Positions 39,685 to 49,642 of a stretch of DNA of 64,000 bases are shown here, piece after piece. Each line of letters starts with the position of its first letter. The stretch's first letter is position 1. The stretch is taken from NCBI GenBank assembly GCA_965223085.1, contig OZ244981.1, forward strand, positions 4,289,161 through 4,353,160, in the 5' to 3' direction. Source of the DNA: Gammaproteobacteria bacterium (GTDB taxonomy: Bacteria > Pseudomonadota > Gammaproteobacteria > Ga0077536). The notes under the pieces were generated by a model. That model was not told the DNA's origin, ran no database searches, and was given only the letters and a program-made list of their open reading frames with translations. The translations under genes and the position numbers were made by a program.

Positions 39685-40539
39685 TTGCCGGAGTTCATGA
39701 TGCGCCGTTTGCTTCTCACCGACCCTCGCTACTACCAGATGGTCACGTTATCCGCCGTTATGTTGTTTGGGCTTGCCCGCTGCGACTTGCAACTTCAAGG
39801 GCTGGTTTGTGGGGCGATCCTGTGCAGCGTCTTGGTGAGCGAGCGCTTAGCGGCCAACTTGGTTTCACAGCGGCAATTCGAGTGGCGGAGTGCACTGATC
39901 ACGGGCTTGTCTTTGTGTTTGCTATTGCGCACTTCTGTACCGTGGCTCGCGGCCAGCACCGGTGCGCTCGCTATCGCCAGCAAATATTTATTGCGTGGAC
40001 CCCGGGGGCATTTGTTTAACCCTTCTGCCTTAGCACTCGTCGCGGCGACTTCGATATTCGACCAAGCGTGGATCAGCCCTGGGCAGTGGGGACACAGCTA
40101 CAATCTTTGTTTACTCGCTTGTGGTTGTGGCCTCATCGTCGTCTCACGTGCTGCGCGCCTCGACGTCTCGTTGGCCTTGCTGCTGAGCTACGCCGCCTTA
40201 GTGGCCGCCCGCGCCTACTATCTAGACGATCCACTCGCGCTAGTCGGCCACCAACTTAGCAATGGTTCGCTACTGATTTTTGCGTTTTTCATGATTTCAG
40301 ATCCGCGCACGACGCCCGCTACGCGTGCCGGCCGCATTAGCTTTGCAATGGTAGTTGCGATCCTCGCTTATTGGTGGGAATTCGTCCGCTACGAGCCGAA
40401 CGGCCTGATCTTCGCCTTAGTCTGGTGTGCCCCGCTGATCCCGGCCTTAGACCGTCTTTTCCCCGCGCGGGACACGGCTCGACCCTGTCGCGATCCCGCG
40501 GCAACGTCCGCCGCAGTCACACCGCTAGCCCGCTTTTAA
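39685..40539 (+). CDS. hypothetical polytopic membrane protein (8 TM; three G-H-x-x-N motifs, CGCG motif)
   Basis: 284 aa, highly hydrophobic, with GHLFNPS, GHSYNL, GHQLSNG and LLACGCGL. Weak and unverified resemblance to NqrB/RnfD-type or sortase-like membrane proteins. Tightly linked (25 bp) to the downstream secreted protein. Confidence 0.5.
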   Translation: MPEFMMRRLLLTDPRYYQMVTLSAVMLFGLARCDLQLQGLVCGAILCSVLVSERLAANLVSQRQFEWRSALITGLSLCLLLRTSVPWLAASTGALAIASKYLLRGPRGHLFNPSALALVAATSIFDQAWISPGQWGHSYNLCLLACGCGLIVVSRAARLDVSLALLLSYAALVAARAYYLDDPLALVGHQLSNGSLLIFAFFMISDPRTTPATRAGRISFAMVVAILAYWWEFVRYEPNGLIFALVWCAPLIPALDRLFPARDTARPCRDPAATSAAVTPLARF

Positions 40540-40563
40540 TTAACAAGCAAGAGGAGTTATTAC

Positions 40564-41889
40564 ATGTCGAAAACCACTGCCAATCGTATTTTGCTACTCA
40601 TCAGTCTCACGTTTACGGGTCAATGCGTCGCATTTTGTGGCTTCTATGTCGCCCGTGCCGATGCGGAGCTCTACAACCAAGCCTCGCAAGTCGTTCTCGT
40701 GCGCGACCAAAATAAAACCGTGATCACGATGAAAAACGACTTTCGAGGCGACACCAACGAGTTCGCACTTATCGTTCCGGTGCCGACGATGATCGAACGT
40801 GAACAAATTAACGTCGCTGATCCCGCGCTGCTCGATCGTCTCGACGCCTATACAGCGCCGCGCTTAGTGGAATATTTCGACGCCGACCCTTGCCGAACAC
40901 TGTATCGCCTGGAAGCGCCTATGGCAAATGCAGTCAGCGAGATGTCAGCAAAGTCGAGTACCCCGCGTGCGCGTTCTCTCGGGGTGACCGTCGAAGCGCG
41001 CTACGCCGTGGGTGAGTACGATATTCTCATCTTATCCGCGACCCAAAGCGCAGGACTCATGCGATGGTTAGACGAGAACAACTACGAAATCCCCACTGAC
41101 GCCGGTAAAGTGATCGCCGGCTACCTCAAGCAAGGTATGCGATTTTTCGTCGCCAGAGTTAACTTGGAGACCCAAGCGAAGCTCGGCTACTCGTTTCTCC
41201 GTCCGTTGCAAATCGCCTACGACAGTCCCCGCTTCATGTTGCCGATACGGCTCGGCATGGTGAACGCCAACGGCCCCCAAGACCTCTACGTCTATACCTT
41301 GACCCGTACCGGCCGTGTTGAGACACGTAATTATCCCACCGCACGTATTCCCAGCGGTGAGACATTGCCGGTTTCGGTGCAAGCAAAATTTGCTGATTTC
41401 TATCGCGCAATGTTTACCCGCACGCATGAGCAACATCGCGCCCGCGCGAGCATTCTCGAATACGCTTGGGACATGGCGTGGTGTGATCCCTGCGCTGCAG
41501 ATCCCCTAAGCGCACAAGAACTGCGCGCCTTAGGGGTCTTTTGGCTAGACGCAAACGCGGCTACCAACCAGGGTGTGAACACATTTGTCACCCGCCTGCA
41601 CATCCGCTACGACCAGCAACATTTTCCCGAAGATCTCATGTTCATTGAAACGGGTGATCGCGAAAATTTTCAAGGTCGCTATGTGATCCGCCATCCGTGG
41701 ACAGGCGCTAGCCGCTGTCCGGCGGCGACGAAATACTTCACCGTAACACTGCCGCAGCAACGACGTGCGGCCGCGATACAGTTGGCGAACCTCACCGGTT
41801 GGCCCGCGCCAACAGCGAATATTTCCACAGGTGAAGCGCGCGCACCGTGGTGGCGGTTCTTGTGGAAAAATTCGCGCAGCACACCGTAA
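40564..41889 (+). CDS. hypothetical secreted protein (DUF2330-like)
   Basis: 441 aa with a signal peptide, a conserved-looking N-terminus after cleavage (FCGFYVARADAELYNQ) and multiple Cys pairs. Confidence 0.5.
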   Translation: MSKTTANRILLLISLTFTGQCVAFCGFYVARADAELYNQASQVVLVRDQNKTVITMKNDFRGDTNEFALIVPVPTMIEREQINVADPALLDRLDAYTAPRLVEYFDADPCRTLYRLEAPMANAVSEMSAKSSTPRARSLGVTVEARYAVGEYDILILSATQSAGLMRWLDENNYEIPTDAGKVIAGYLKQGMRFFVARVNLETQAKLGYSFLRPLQIAYDSPRFMLPIRLGMVNANGPQDLYVYTLTRTGRVETRNYPTARIPSGETLPVSVQAKFADFYRAMFTRTHEQHRARASILEYAWDMAWCDPCAADPLSAQELRALGVFWLDANAATNQGVNTFVTRLHIRYDQQHFPEDLMFIETGDRENFQGRYVIRHPWTGASRCPAATKYFTVTLPQQRRAAAIQLANLTGWPAPTANISTGEARAPWWRFLWKNSRSTP

Positions 41890-42243
41890 CAACGCTCATA
41901 TGTTGCGTCGCGCCACACGCACAGCGGCGGACATGATATTTAGGTCCAGACCTGCCGAGACACGTCAGTTTGTGCCGCTGGTGGGTCAACCGACGACGCC
42001 GAGCGCAGACTTGACACTTAATTTGAAACGCTGCACGGCGTCAGCAGCGCCCCCACCGCAGTGCGCGTTGTGACTTCCGCCGACTTCACGAGGATCTAAT
42101 TGTGACGGTGTTCGCACATTGCCGCGGGCTGTTACCGAAATAGATCATTTGGCATGTCGATTGCAACTATGGTGACATCTGAAACACCGAGTGATTGTGA
42201 CCTTAGCAACGCAGTACAGACTTCTCCCTCCCTCCGCGAAACT

Positions 42244-42888
42244 TTAAGCGCCCGTTATCGGGCGCTCTTTCTTTGTTGGCGGCGCCTCGCATACGACACC
42301 GGTACCACCAAGCCCGCAATAACCGCCCGGGTTTTTCGCCAAATATTGTTGATGGTAGTCCTCGGCGTAGTAAAACCGCGAGGCGCTCTCGATTTCTGTC
42401 GTGATCGCATCATAACCAGCACCATTCAAAGCGCGTTCATAAGCTACTTTGCTGTGCCGCGCCGTATCACGCTGCGCATCCCCGGTAACATAGATCGCTG
42501 ACCGATATTGCGTGCCTACATCATTGCCTTGGCGCATTCCTTGGGTTGGATTGTGGGATTCCCAAAAAATTTTCAATAAAAATGCATAGGCAATCTGACG
42601 CGGATCAAAGACCACCTGGACGACTTCGGCATGTCCGGTCAAACCCGAGCAAACCTCTTCATAGGTGGGGTGCGGTGTCGCCCCCCCGGCGTAACCCACC
42701 GCGGTCGAATAGACCCCCGGCAGTTCCCAAAACTTTTTTTCTGCACCCCAGAAGCAACCCATTCCGAACCACGCCAGTTGCGTATGCGACGGGAACGGCG
42801 GTAGTAGCGGCGTGCCTAATACATGGTGCTCGGCACTCACGGGCATCGGCGTAGCGCGCCCGGCAAGCACTTCCGTGGCGCTCGGCAT
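42244..42888 (-). CDS. msrA: peptide-methionine (S)-S-oxide reductase
   Basis: Active site GMGCFWGAE. The N-terminus [14 protein letters not shown] aligns with E. coli MsrA (GRNTPMPVATLHAV). The ORF is open to 42936. Confidence 0.9.
   Translation of the reverse strand: MPSATEVLAGRATPMPVSAEHHVLGTPLLPPFPSHTQLAWFGMGCFWGAEKKFWELPGVYSTAVGYAGGATPHPTYEEVCSGLTGHAEVVQVVFDPRQIAYAFLLKIFWESHNPTQGMRQGNDVGTQYRSAIYVTGDAQRDTARHSKVAYERALNGAGYDAITTEIESASRFYYAEDYHQQYLAKNPGGYCGLGGTGVVCEAPPTKKERPITGA
42247..42280 (+). terminator. Rho-independent terminator-like hairpin (possibly bidirectional)
   Basis: AGCGCCCG-TTAT-CGGGCGCT (8-bp GC-rich stem) followed by CTTTCTTTGTT on the plus strand. It sits immediately after the msrA stop codon on the minus strand. 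Confidence 0.5.
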
Positions 42889-43206
42889 GACGGGCGTTCT
42901 CGGTTGTAAATGCATGCTTAATTCCTCCCACAACAAACTTCTAACGAGCGCCTACTTGATCGCTGGGCGGTAATACTTGGCGCTCCATGTAAAGACCATT
43001 TTTACGCTACAATTTTAGCCGGACTGAGCGCTGCGTGCGGCGACCGCAGTGCTCCGTTGAAGGATACTAGCGTGCTGCCGGACATGAACAGAAACCCGAG
43101 CGCTGTACGTCGGAGATCGGCGACGAAACAAACTTAAGCACCGGACGATAAATTTTGCATGTTCCGCGTATTACAAGGCGCAAAAACCGTGCTGCCTACA
43201 AAAACG

Positions 43207-44286
43207 ATGCTCTCAAAAATTCCAGATAACCGTTCGACTAGATGGAAGTCGTTCGGCCGTCTCGTGCTCTGTTGCTGCCTCGTCGGTGTTGCGCACGCGC
43301 TACCGGCGGATGATTCGAAGTCGCCGTCTGAAACCTCCACGTTCACGTTTATGTTTGAAAACGATCTGTTCGGAGATAGAGATGAACAGTATACCAATGG
43401 GATTCAAATAGGGTGGTTGTCACCGGATTTGAAGCATTACGCGGAGGCGAGGCGACTTCCACGCTGGTTTCTACCCATCGTCGCAGCGATGCCGTTTATC
43501 AATACCCCAGGAAACCAACATAACGTGGGATTTAGCCTCGGGCAAAAAATCTATACACCACGTGACATCCAGTCTTTCTCCCTCATCCGGGAAGACCGCC
43601 CGTATGCGGGTTGGTTATACGCGGGACTCGCGTTCGTGAGCAAGAGCGCTGAACGTCTAGACACAATCGAAATCCAAGCGGGGGTTGTCGGTCCTTACGC
43701 GCAAGGTGAAGAAACGCAAAATTTTGTTCATAGCATTCGCGATCTCCTGACCGCGAAAGGGTGGGACAATCAGCTAGAGAACGAGCCCGGCTTCGCACTC
43801 ATATATGAACATAAGCGTCGCCCGTGGCGTAGTACGAACCCTAGCGGGTGGGGCTACGATGTCATCGTTCACGCCGGCGGTGCGGCAGGCAATGTGTTCA
43901 CCTACCTCAACGCGGGCGCTGAAGTCCGTGTCGGCTGGAACTTGCCGGGCGATTACGGCACCTCTGTTATTCGCCCAGGTGGTGACACGAACGCACCAAC
44001 CACAGTCGACGACCCGCGCTTAACCTCCAAGCATGATTTCGGCGTGCACATCTTCTCTGCACTCACGGGTCGCTACATGATCCGTGATATTTTTCTCGAT
44101 GGCAACACTTTTTCGAATAGCCACGATGTGGACAAACAGTCGCTCGTCGGAGACCTCATCGTCGGTGCCAGCTTTACCTACCGCCGAATCAAACTATCCT
44201 ATGCGCAGGTATTTCGCACCCGCGAGTTTGAGGGTCAAGCAGATAAGCACAATTTCGGCTCAGTAAGTATCTCTATTACTTTCTAG
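43207..44286 (+). CDS. outer-membrane beta-barrel protein, lipid A 3-O-deacylase LpxR-like family (DUF2219)
   Basis: Signal peptide, then the family-typical FENDLFGDRDEQYTNGIQIGW motif and a C-terminal aromatic residue (..SISITF). Confidence 0.65.
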   Translation: MLSKIPDNRSTRWKSFGRLVLCCCLVGVAHALPADDSKSPSETSTFTFMFENDLFGDRDEQYTNGIQIGWLSPDLKHYAEARRLPRWFLPIVAAMPFINTPGNQHNVGFSLGQKIYTPRDIQSFSLIREDRPYAGWLYAGLAFVSKSAERLDTIEIQAGVVGPYAQGEETQNFVHSIRDLLTAKGWDNQLENEPGFALIYEHKRRPWRSTNPSGWGYDVIVHAGGAAGNVFTYLNAGAEVRVGWNLPGDYGTSVIRPGGDTNAPTTVDDPRLTSKHDFGVHIFSALTGRYMIRDIFLDGNTFSNSHDVDKQSLVGDLIVGASFTYRRIKLSYAQVFRTREFEGQADKHNFGSVSISITF

Positions 44287-44601
44287 CAATAAGAAGTGTA
44301 TTCAAGTATTTCAAAGTCGACTACGATAGCAATAACTAATTACAGGCCTAAGTCCGTGGCGGAAAGAATTGAAGTCTATTGCGATTCCTATGGCGTTTGG
44401 TACGTTGGTACGCGTCAACGATTGATCAGCGCGGGCATCGCGACGGCTAATATGTTCCCCGATCAGCACGAATCATGGCGGGGCAATGGCCTCTGCCGAG
44501 GACCAGAGGAGCCCTTGTGGTCGGTGCAAAAAGCGGGGCCACACCGTTATAAAGTCATGTGGGGTTTATGTGTAGAGGCGCAAACAGATTAAGGGACAAA
44601 C

Positions 44602-45849
44602 TTGTTCTCCCCCCTCGCCCTGCGCATAGCGACAAGATATCTGCGTTCAAAACGACGTAACCGCTTCGGTTCTTTTATCACGATCGCTTCCGTATTTGGC
44701 ATCGCCTTAGGTGTCGCGGTCTTGACGATCGTGCTCTCAGTAATGAACGGTTTTGAGGTCGAAGTCTCTCGGCACGTTCTCGGCATGACGGCCCACACAA
44801 CAGTCTATCAACTCGGTGAGCCGCTTGATAATTGGGAATCCGTGGGCGCCACTGTGCGTGCTCAACGACACGTGATCGCAGCCGCACCTTTTGCACGTGC
44901 GAGTGGCATGCTCAGTCACCGCAATGCGGTGCGAAGCGTGATGGTATACGGCATCGATCCCCGCTACGAAACCCAGGTTTCCGACATCTCGAACTATCTT
45001 GGCAGCGCTTCCATATCATCCCTCAGCGCTGCATCGAACGATATTTTTCTGGGCCAAGCGCTCGCACGCGATCTCGGCGTCAGGGTGGGAGATCCCGTCA
45101 CGTTAGCTTTACCAAATTGGGATCGTGACAACGGTCTGCGACTACCAATTTACGCACGCTTTCGCGTCGCCGGAACTTTTCACAGCGGCATGCACGAATT
45201 CGACGCCAACCTTGCACTCACCTCCCTCACGCGAGCACAAGCCTTGCTGCAACTCGGCACAAAAGCAAGCGGTTTGCGCGTTAAACTAGACGATCCACAA
45301 CTCGCCCCCGTAGTGTCAGCTCAGATCGCGGAGCAGCTCGGCACACCCTATGGTTTAGTTAATTGGACACAATACCATCGCAATTTTTTCTACGCCCTAA
45401 AGTCGCAGAAACGCATTATGTTCGTCATTCTGTCGCTAATTATCGCCATTGCCGCATTTAACATCGTTGCTTCGATGATCATGCTAATAAAAGAAAAACG
45501 CCGCGACATCGCCATTTTGCGTACGTTTGGGTACACGCCCCGTGCCGTGTTGGCTATATTCTTGACCCAAGGGGTGATCATCGGTGCGATCGGTGCGGCG
45601 CTAGGCATCATCCTGGGCTACATCGGCGTACTAGAAGCACCGTCGATCGTCGCCGTAATCGAACAATGGTTTGACATAAAATTTATCAAGCCGGATGTCT
45701 ACTACATCGATTACCTACCAGCTGAAATCCGAATCGCGGACGTGGCGCTGGTGGCGCTGGCCGCTTTTTGCCTGTGCGTGCTCGCGACCTTCTATCCCGC
45801 CTGGTCGGCTAGCCGCATTCAACCTGCCGAAGCGTTACGCTATGAGTAG
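44602..45849 (+). CDS. lipoprotein-releasing ABC transporter permease LolC/LolE family (FtsX-like)
   Basis: 415 aa. The N-terminus (LALRIATRYLRSKRRNRFGSFITIASVFGIALGVAVLTIVLSVMNGFE) closely parallels E. coli LolC/LolE. It has a periplasmic MacB-like domain plus 3 C-terminal TMs. No ATPase gene follows. Confidence 0.8.
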   Translation: MFSPLALRIATRYLRSKRRNRFGSFITIASVFGIALGVAVLTIVLSVMNGFEVEVSRHVLGMTAHTTVYQLGEPLDNWESVGATVRAQRHVIAAAPFARASGMLSHRNAVRSVMVYGIDPRYETQVSDISNYLGSASISSLSAASNDIFLGQALARDLGVRVGDPVTLALPNWDRDNGLRLPIYARFRVAGTFHSGMHEFDANLALTSLTRAQALLQLGTKASGLRVKLDDPQLAPVVSAQIAEQLGTPYGLVNWTQYHRNFFYALKSQKRIMFVILSLIIAIAAFNIVASMIMLIKEKRRDIAILRTFGYTPRAVLAIFLTQGVIIGAIGAALGIILGYIGVLEAPSIVAVIEQWFDIKFIKPDVYYIDYLPAEIRIADVALVALAAFCLCVLATFYPAWSASRIQPAEALRYE

Positions 45850-45928
45850 CATCACCCGCGGCGAGACTACAGCCCCAATAAAATTGTGCCACCTAAACCT
45901 AGAATCCTCAGTTGGACGGCATTCAAGC

Positions 45929-46921
45929 TCAAAATATGAGGTAAGCATAAAATACCGGTGACCAATCGCTGCGGCGGGCGATCACGAAATTCGCGAGCAT
46001 CGATAGCAAGTGTGCAGATATGTCGTAGGCTTGCTGATAAATAACCGGATACGTATCCGGTACTTGCTCGAGGGTTGCGGGACTCAAGCGGACGAGTTCG
46101 GCGCGATGATCGGCGTCGCTCAACCGCGCTAATACCGAATCGTAGGTGGACGCGAGCTCGGAAAAATAGTCCGGATCATAACGGTTTATTACATCCGCGA
46201 CACGTTCTAGGGGCGAGAGCGTTAGGCGCTCCATAATACGTTGTTTGTGGCTCTCATTGGTACCGTCGTATTCGGCCAGCAAAAACACCAAACCCGCGAT
46301 CGTGATCGCGCGTGACGAACGGAGTTTTAATTGGCGCAAATACCAGCCGTCGCTGGGCGACTTGTCAAACTTAAATTGTTGCCACGCGGCGTAGCTGTGC
46401 AAGTAGCGCATGAGATCGTTGAGCAAATAGGCCCACTGGCCCGAGCCTGTGGTGCGATCCAAAAACCGTGCCCCATACCATTCGAGCAGCTCTTGTTGCA
46501 GCGTGTAAAACGCGCTGCTGCCATAGACGCCGCGCACGTCCAATAAGATCTGGATGCGCTTGCCAAATACCGCCGGTGGTTCACGTAACGAACCTCGAGC
46601 ACGCACGTCGAGTAGGCGTTCACGAGAAATCGGGTGACGATAAATTCCATCCGGTTTTGGAGCTTGCAGTCCGAGTTCTGCGATCAGGTCGAAAAAACGC
46701 GCTACCGCTTTTCGTGTCTCATGCGAGTCTTCGTTGACGCTGGTGTCGACGATGAGAACACTATCGACATCTGAAACCGCGGTCGCCTCATGCCGGCCTA
46801 AAGATCCGCCAACCCCGATCGCAACAAAGGGCGAGAAGTCGTTTTTGTCTTGTTCCAAGCGTTCACGTAATTCCCCCAGAAACGCTTGCGAATAATCGCT
46901 TGCATGCGCTAAAGCCTCCAC
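45929..46921 (-). CDS. nucleotidyltransferase-domain protein (DUF294/GlnD-like NTase family)
   Basis: 330 aa with a Pol-beta-type NTase signature GVGGSLGRHEATAVSDVDSVLIVD at the N-terminus and a DUF294_C-like helical domain. Confidence 0.6.
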   Translation of the reverse strand: MEALAHASDYSQAFLGELRERLEQDKNDFSPFVAIGVGGSLGRHEATAVSDVDSVLIVDTSVNEDSHETRKAVARFFDLIAELGLQAPKPDGIYRHPISRERLLDVRARGSLREPPAVFGKRIQILLDVRGVYGSSAFYTLQQELLEWYGARFLDRTTGSGQWAYLLNDLMRYLHSYAAWQQFKFDKSPSDGWYLRQLKLRSSRAITIAGLVFLLAEYDGTNESHKQRIMERLTLSPLERVADVINRYDPDYFSELASTYDSVLARLSDADHRAELVRLSPATLEQVPDTYPVIYQQAYDISAHLLSMLANFVIARRSDWSPVFYAYLIF

Positions 46922-47037
46922 ACCCTAGTCTCCTAATAGTGGATGATCAGTGTATGTTCTCGACCAGCTAAGATCTTTAGAACAACGCGTTTAAACTACG
47001 TTAACATGGGTCATCGTGATTTTGGGGGGCCGTTTTA

Positions 47038-47484
47038 ATGGCGATCGTGATCTATGCCATGTTGGCCTTGCTGGGCGGCGTGGCCATTACCGTGCAAGTA
47101 GGCGCGAACGTTCATCTCGACAAAGCCGCTAATAGCGCAGTGTTTTCCGCGGCGACGAGCTTTGTCGTCGGCGCGCTGGTGTTGTGTGCACTGTTCGTCG
47201 CACTGCGCCACCCGTGGCCCAGTGCATCGATGTTGAAAAGCGCCCCTACATGGGCCTGGGCGGCCGGTTGTTTCGGGGCAAGCTACGTGCTGATCGCGAC
47301 GCTCGCAGCACCCGTACTCGGCGGCGCCACTCTCTTAGCCCTCGTGGTCGCCGGTCAGATCGGCATGGCCTTAGTTGCGGATCACTATGGTTTGCTGGGT
47401 TTCCCCGTACGTGCGCTTAACCCGTGGCGGGTTCTCGGCGCCGGCTTACTCATCGCCGGCGTCATCGTCATTCAACGCCACTAG
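47038..47484 (+). CDS. DMT-superfamily membrane protein (DUF606/YdcZ family)
   Basis: 148 aa with 4-5 TMs and the typical N-terminus MAIVIYAMLALLGGVAITVQVGANVHL. Confidence 0.65.
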   Translation: MAIVIYAMLALLGGVAITVQVGANVHLDKAANSAVFSAATSFVVGALVLCALFVALRHPWPSASMLKSAPTWAWAAGCFGASYVLIATLAAPVLGGATLLALVVAGQIGMALVADHYGLLGFPVRALNPWRVLGAGLLIAGVIVIQRH

Positions 47485-47639
47485 CGGTCTGTCGGACCTA
47501 ATCCAAATGGTGTCGCACCGGCTCGCTACCGCGGCCCTCACCCGAGATCCGAGCTAGCGCCGGTCACAATTTCACTGTCGAAATCCTTTGATTTGCCGCT
47601 AGTAATAGGGTTGCGGCCTTTCGTTGTATCACAAAATCT

Positions 47640-47672
47640 CTATTTGTGCGGCGCACAAATAGTGACTATAAT
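47640..47672 (+). promoter_or_regulatory. 23-bp palindromic operator overlapping putative -10 element of SDR-TauE-DUF1232 operon
   Basis: CTATTTGTGC-GGC-GCACAAATAG (10-bp perfect arms) at 47640..47662, followed by TATAAT at 47667..47672, ~45 bp upstream of the ATG at 47716. Confidence 0.5.
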
Positions 47673-47715
47673 TACCACTCTTTAGAACCGAGCTACCCAA
47701 TTATGAGGTTGGTGC

Positions 47716-48534
47716 ATGCAGATCAAAGATAAAGTTGCCGTAATCACCGGCGCGGCCAGCGGTATCGGCGCGGCAGTTGCACGCGAACTCGTTAAAAACG
47801 AAATCGGTGGCATCGCGTTGGTCGACGTTGCCGAGCGCGTATACGAGTTCACTGCCGAGATTAACCGCGCCGCGGGGCGTGAAATCTGCACCGGGTTTCA
47901 GGGCGACACTACCGATCCAAGTTTTCGCCAACGCGTCTTTGCCGACGCCCGTAACACGTATGGCACTGTCAACATCTGCGTTCCCGCTGCCGGGATCACC
48001 CGCGATGCTCTCGCTGTGCGTGTCAACAAAGAAAAAGGTAAAGCGACCGTCTACCCGCTCGAAAACTTCCGCCAGGTTGTCGAAGTCAATCTCATCGCAC
48101 CGGTGTATTGGGCTTTAGAATTGGTCGCGGAAATGGCCGAAATCCGCCACGCACAGGGACTCGGTCGCTGGCACCATGACGAAGGCGTGCAAGGCGTGGT
48201 AATTTTTATTGGCTCGGTCTCCTCGCAAGGAAATAAGGGACAGATCGCCTATGCAAGTACAAAAGTCGGTCTCGAAGGCGCGGCCTCGACCTTGCAAATA
48301 GAGGCGATGTATCACGGCGTGCGGTGCGCGGTCATTCATCCCGGTTTTACAGATACGCCAATGGTACGTTCATTGGGCAACGACTATATCGAAAATCAAG
48401 TTCTACCCGCGACGCAGATCGGCCGTTTGATTCGCCCCGAAGAGATCGCCGACGCGATCTGTTTTTTGATCCGAAACTCGGCCGTCAGCGGCCAACTATG
48501 GGCCGATGCGGGCTGGCACCCAATGCCCAGTTAG
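47716..48534 (+). CDS. SDR family oxidoreductase
   Basis: 272 aa with VAVITGAASGIGAAVA, NNAG-like and YASTK catalytic motifs. Confidence 0.85.
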   Translation: MQIKDKVAVITGAASGIGAAVARELVKNEIGGIALVDVAERVYEFTAEINRAAGREICTGFQGDTTDPSFRQRVFADARNTYGTVNICVPAAGITRDALAVRVNKEKGKATVYPLENFRQVVEVNLIAPVYWALELVAEMAEIRHAQGLGRWHHDEGVQGVVIFIGSVSSQGNKGQIAYASTKVGLEGAASTLQIEAMYHGVRCAVIHPGFTDTPMVRSLGNDYIENQVLPATQIGRLIRPEEIADAICFLIRNSAVSGQLWADAGWHPMPS

Positions 48535-48608
48535 TAGCCACACCACGACGTCCTCACGGGTCGTCGTTCGAACAGTCCCCGTCCATCTGCGCCGGTATTT
48601 AAACTCAT

Positions 48609-49373
48609 ATGGATGCTTTGACACTGTATGAATACGTTATTCTGAGCTGTGCGGGGGCGGGCGCAGGATTCATCAATGTAATCGCAGGGGGCGGCTCGCT
48701 ACTCACTATACCCACGATGGTTTTCATGGATATTCCTGGGCCCATCGCCAACGGTACCAATCGCATCGCGGTTGTAGCCCAAGCAGCGGCCGCCATGCTC
48801 ACATTTATTCATCGCGGTATATCTGATCTGAAACTTAGCCTGACTTTGTCCTTGAGTCTCATTCCCGGGGCTATGATCGGCGCGTGGTTCGGAATGAAAC
48901 TCGAGGGCGCATGGTTCAATCGCTTGCTCGCCGCGGTGATGATCGGGGTCCTTCTCGTCACGCAACTAAAATCACCAAACCGTCGCGTGAACACGGCCTG
49001 TGCAGATGACGCGCTCGCGCGGCCGCTTCTGACCCACGTCCTCATGGGAGTAGTAGGATTTTGGGGCGGTTTAATTCATATCGGGATCGGTTTATTGATC
49101 ATGCCAGTCCTTTATCACGTCGGGAAACTCGATCTCGTGCGCGTCAATATGCACAAGATGGCCATCGTGCTGCCATTTTCACTCATCGCGATGGTGATCT
49201 TCGCGCATGGGGCCGGGATCCTGTGGGCCGCTGGTGCAGCGCTCGCACTAGGCAATGCGTGTGGAGGTTGGCTAGGCGCGCACGTCACCGTCACCCGCGG
49301 CGAAACCTTTCTAAAACTGGCTTTTGACGCCATCGTGATCGCTTTCGTTTTCCATTTATTGTTTTTGCGGTGA
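48609..49373 (+). CDS. sulfite exporter TauE/SafE family membrane protein
   Basis: 254 aa with 7-8 TMs and N-terminal GAGAGFINVIAGGGSLLTIP, typical of TauE/SafE. Confidence 0.8.
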   Translation: MDALTLYEYVILSCAGAGAGFINVIAGGGSLLTIPTMVFMDIPGPIANGTNRIAVVAQAAAAMLTFIHRGISDLKLSLTLSLSLIPGAMIGAWFGMKLEGAWFNRLLAAVMIGVLLVTQLKSPNRRVNTACADDALARPLLTHVLMGVVGFWGGLIHIGIGLLIMPVLYHVGKLDLVRVNMHKMAIVLPFSLIAMVIFAHGAGILWAAGAALALGNACGGWLGAHVTVTRGETFLKLAFDAIVIAFVFHLLFLR

Positions 49374-49642
49374 AAACGCCGCGACAGCTCGCACACTTCG
49401 TGGCGAGCGCACGCGCTCACTGGGGCTTCGCGCGCGCGTTGCTCGGGGACGCGGATACGCCGCGCATGGCACGATGGTGCATCGGCGCGGCGTTAGCCTA
49501 CCTCGCCATGCCGTTCGATCTGATCCCCGACGTCATTCCGATACTAGGTCACTTGGATGATCTGCTGATCTGTGGAACCCTGTTCACCCTCGCCTACCTG
49601 TTGATCCCTAACGCGGTAATAGAAAAACACCGAAAGACTTGA
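49370..49642 (+). CDS. DUF1232 (YkvA-like) membrane protein
   Basis: 90 aa. MPFDLIPDVIPILGHLDDLLI is the DUF1232 signature. Overlaps the tauE stop by 4 bp. Confidence 0.7.
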   Translation: MKTPRQLAHFVASARAHWGFARALLGDADTPRMARWCIGAALAYLAMPFDLIPDVIPILGHLDDLLICGTLFTLAYLLIPNAVIEKHRKT

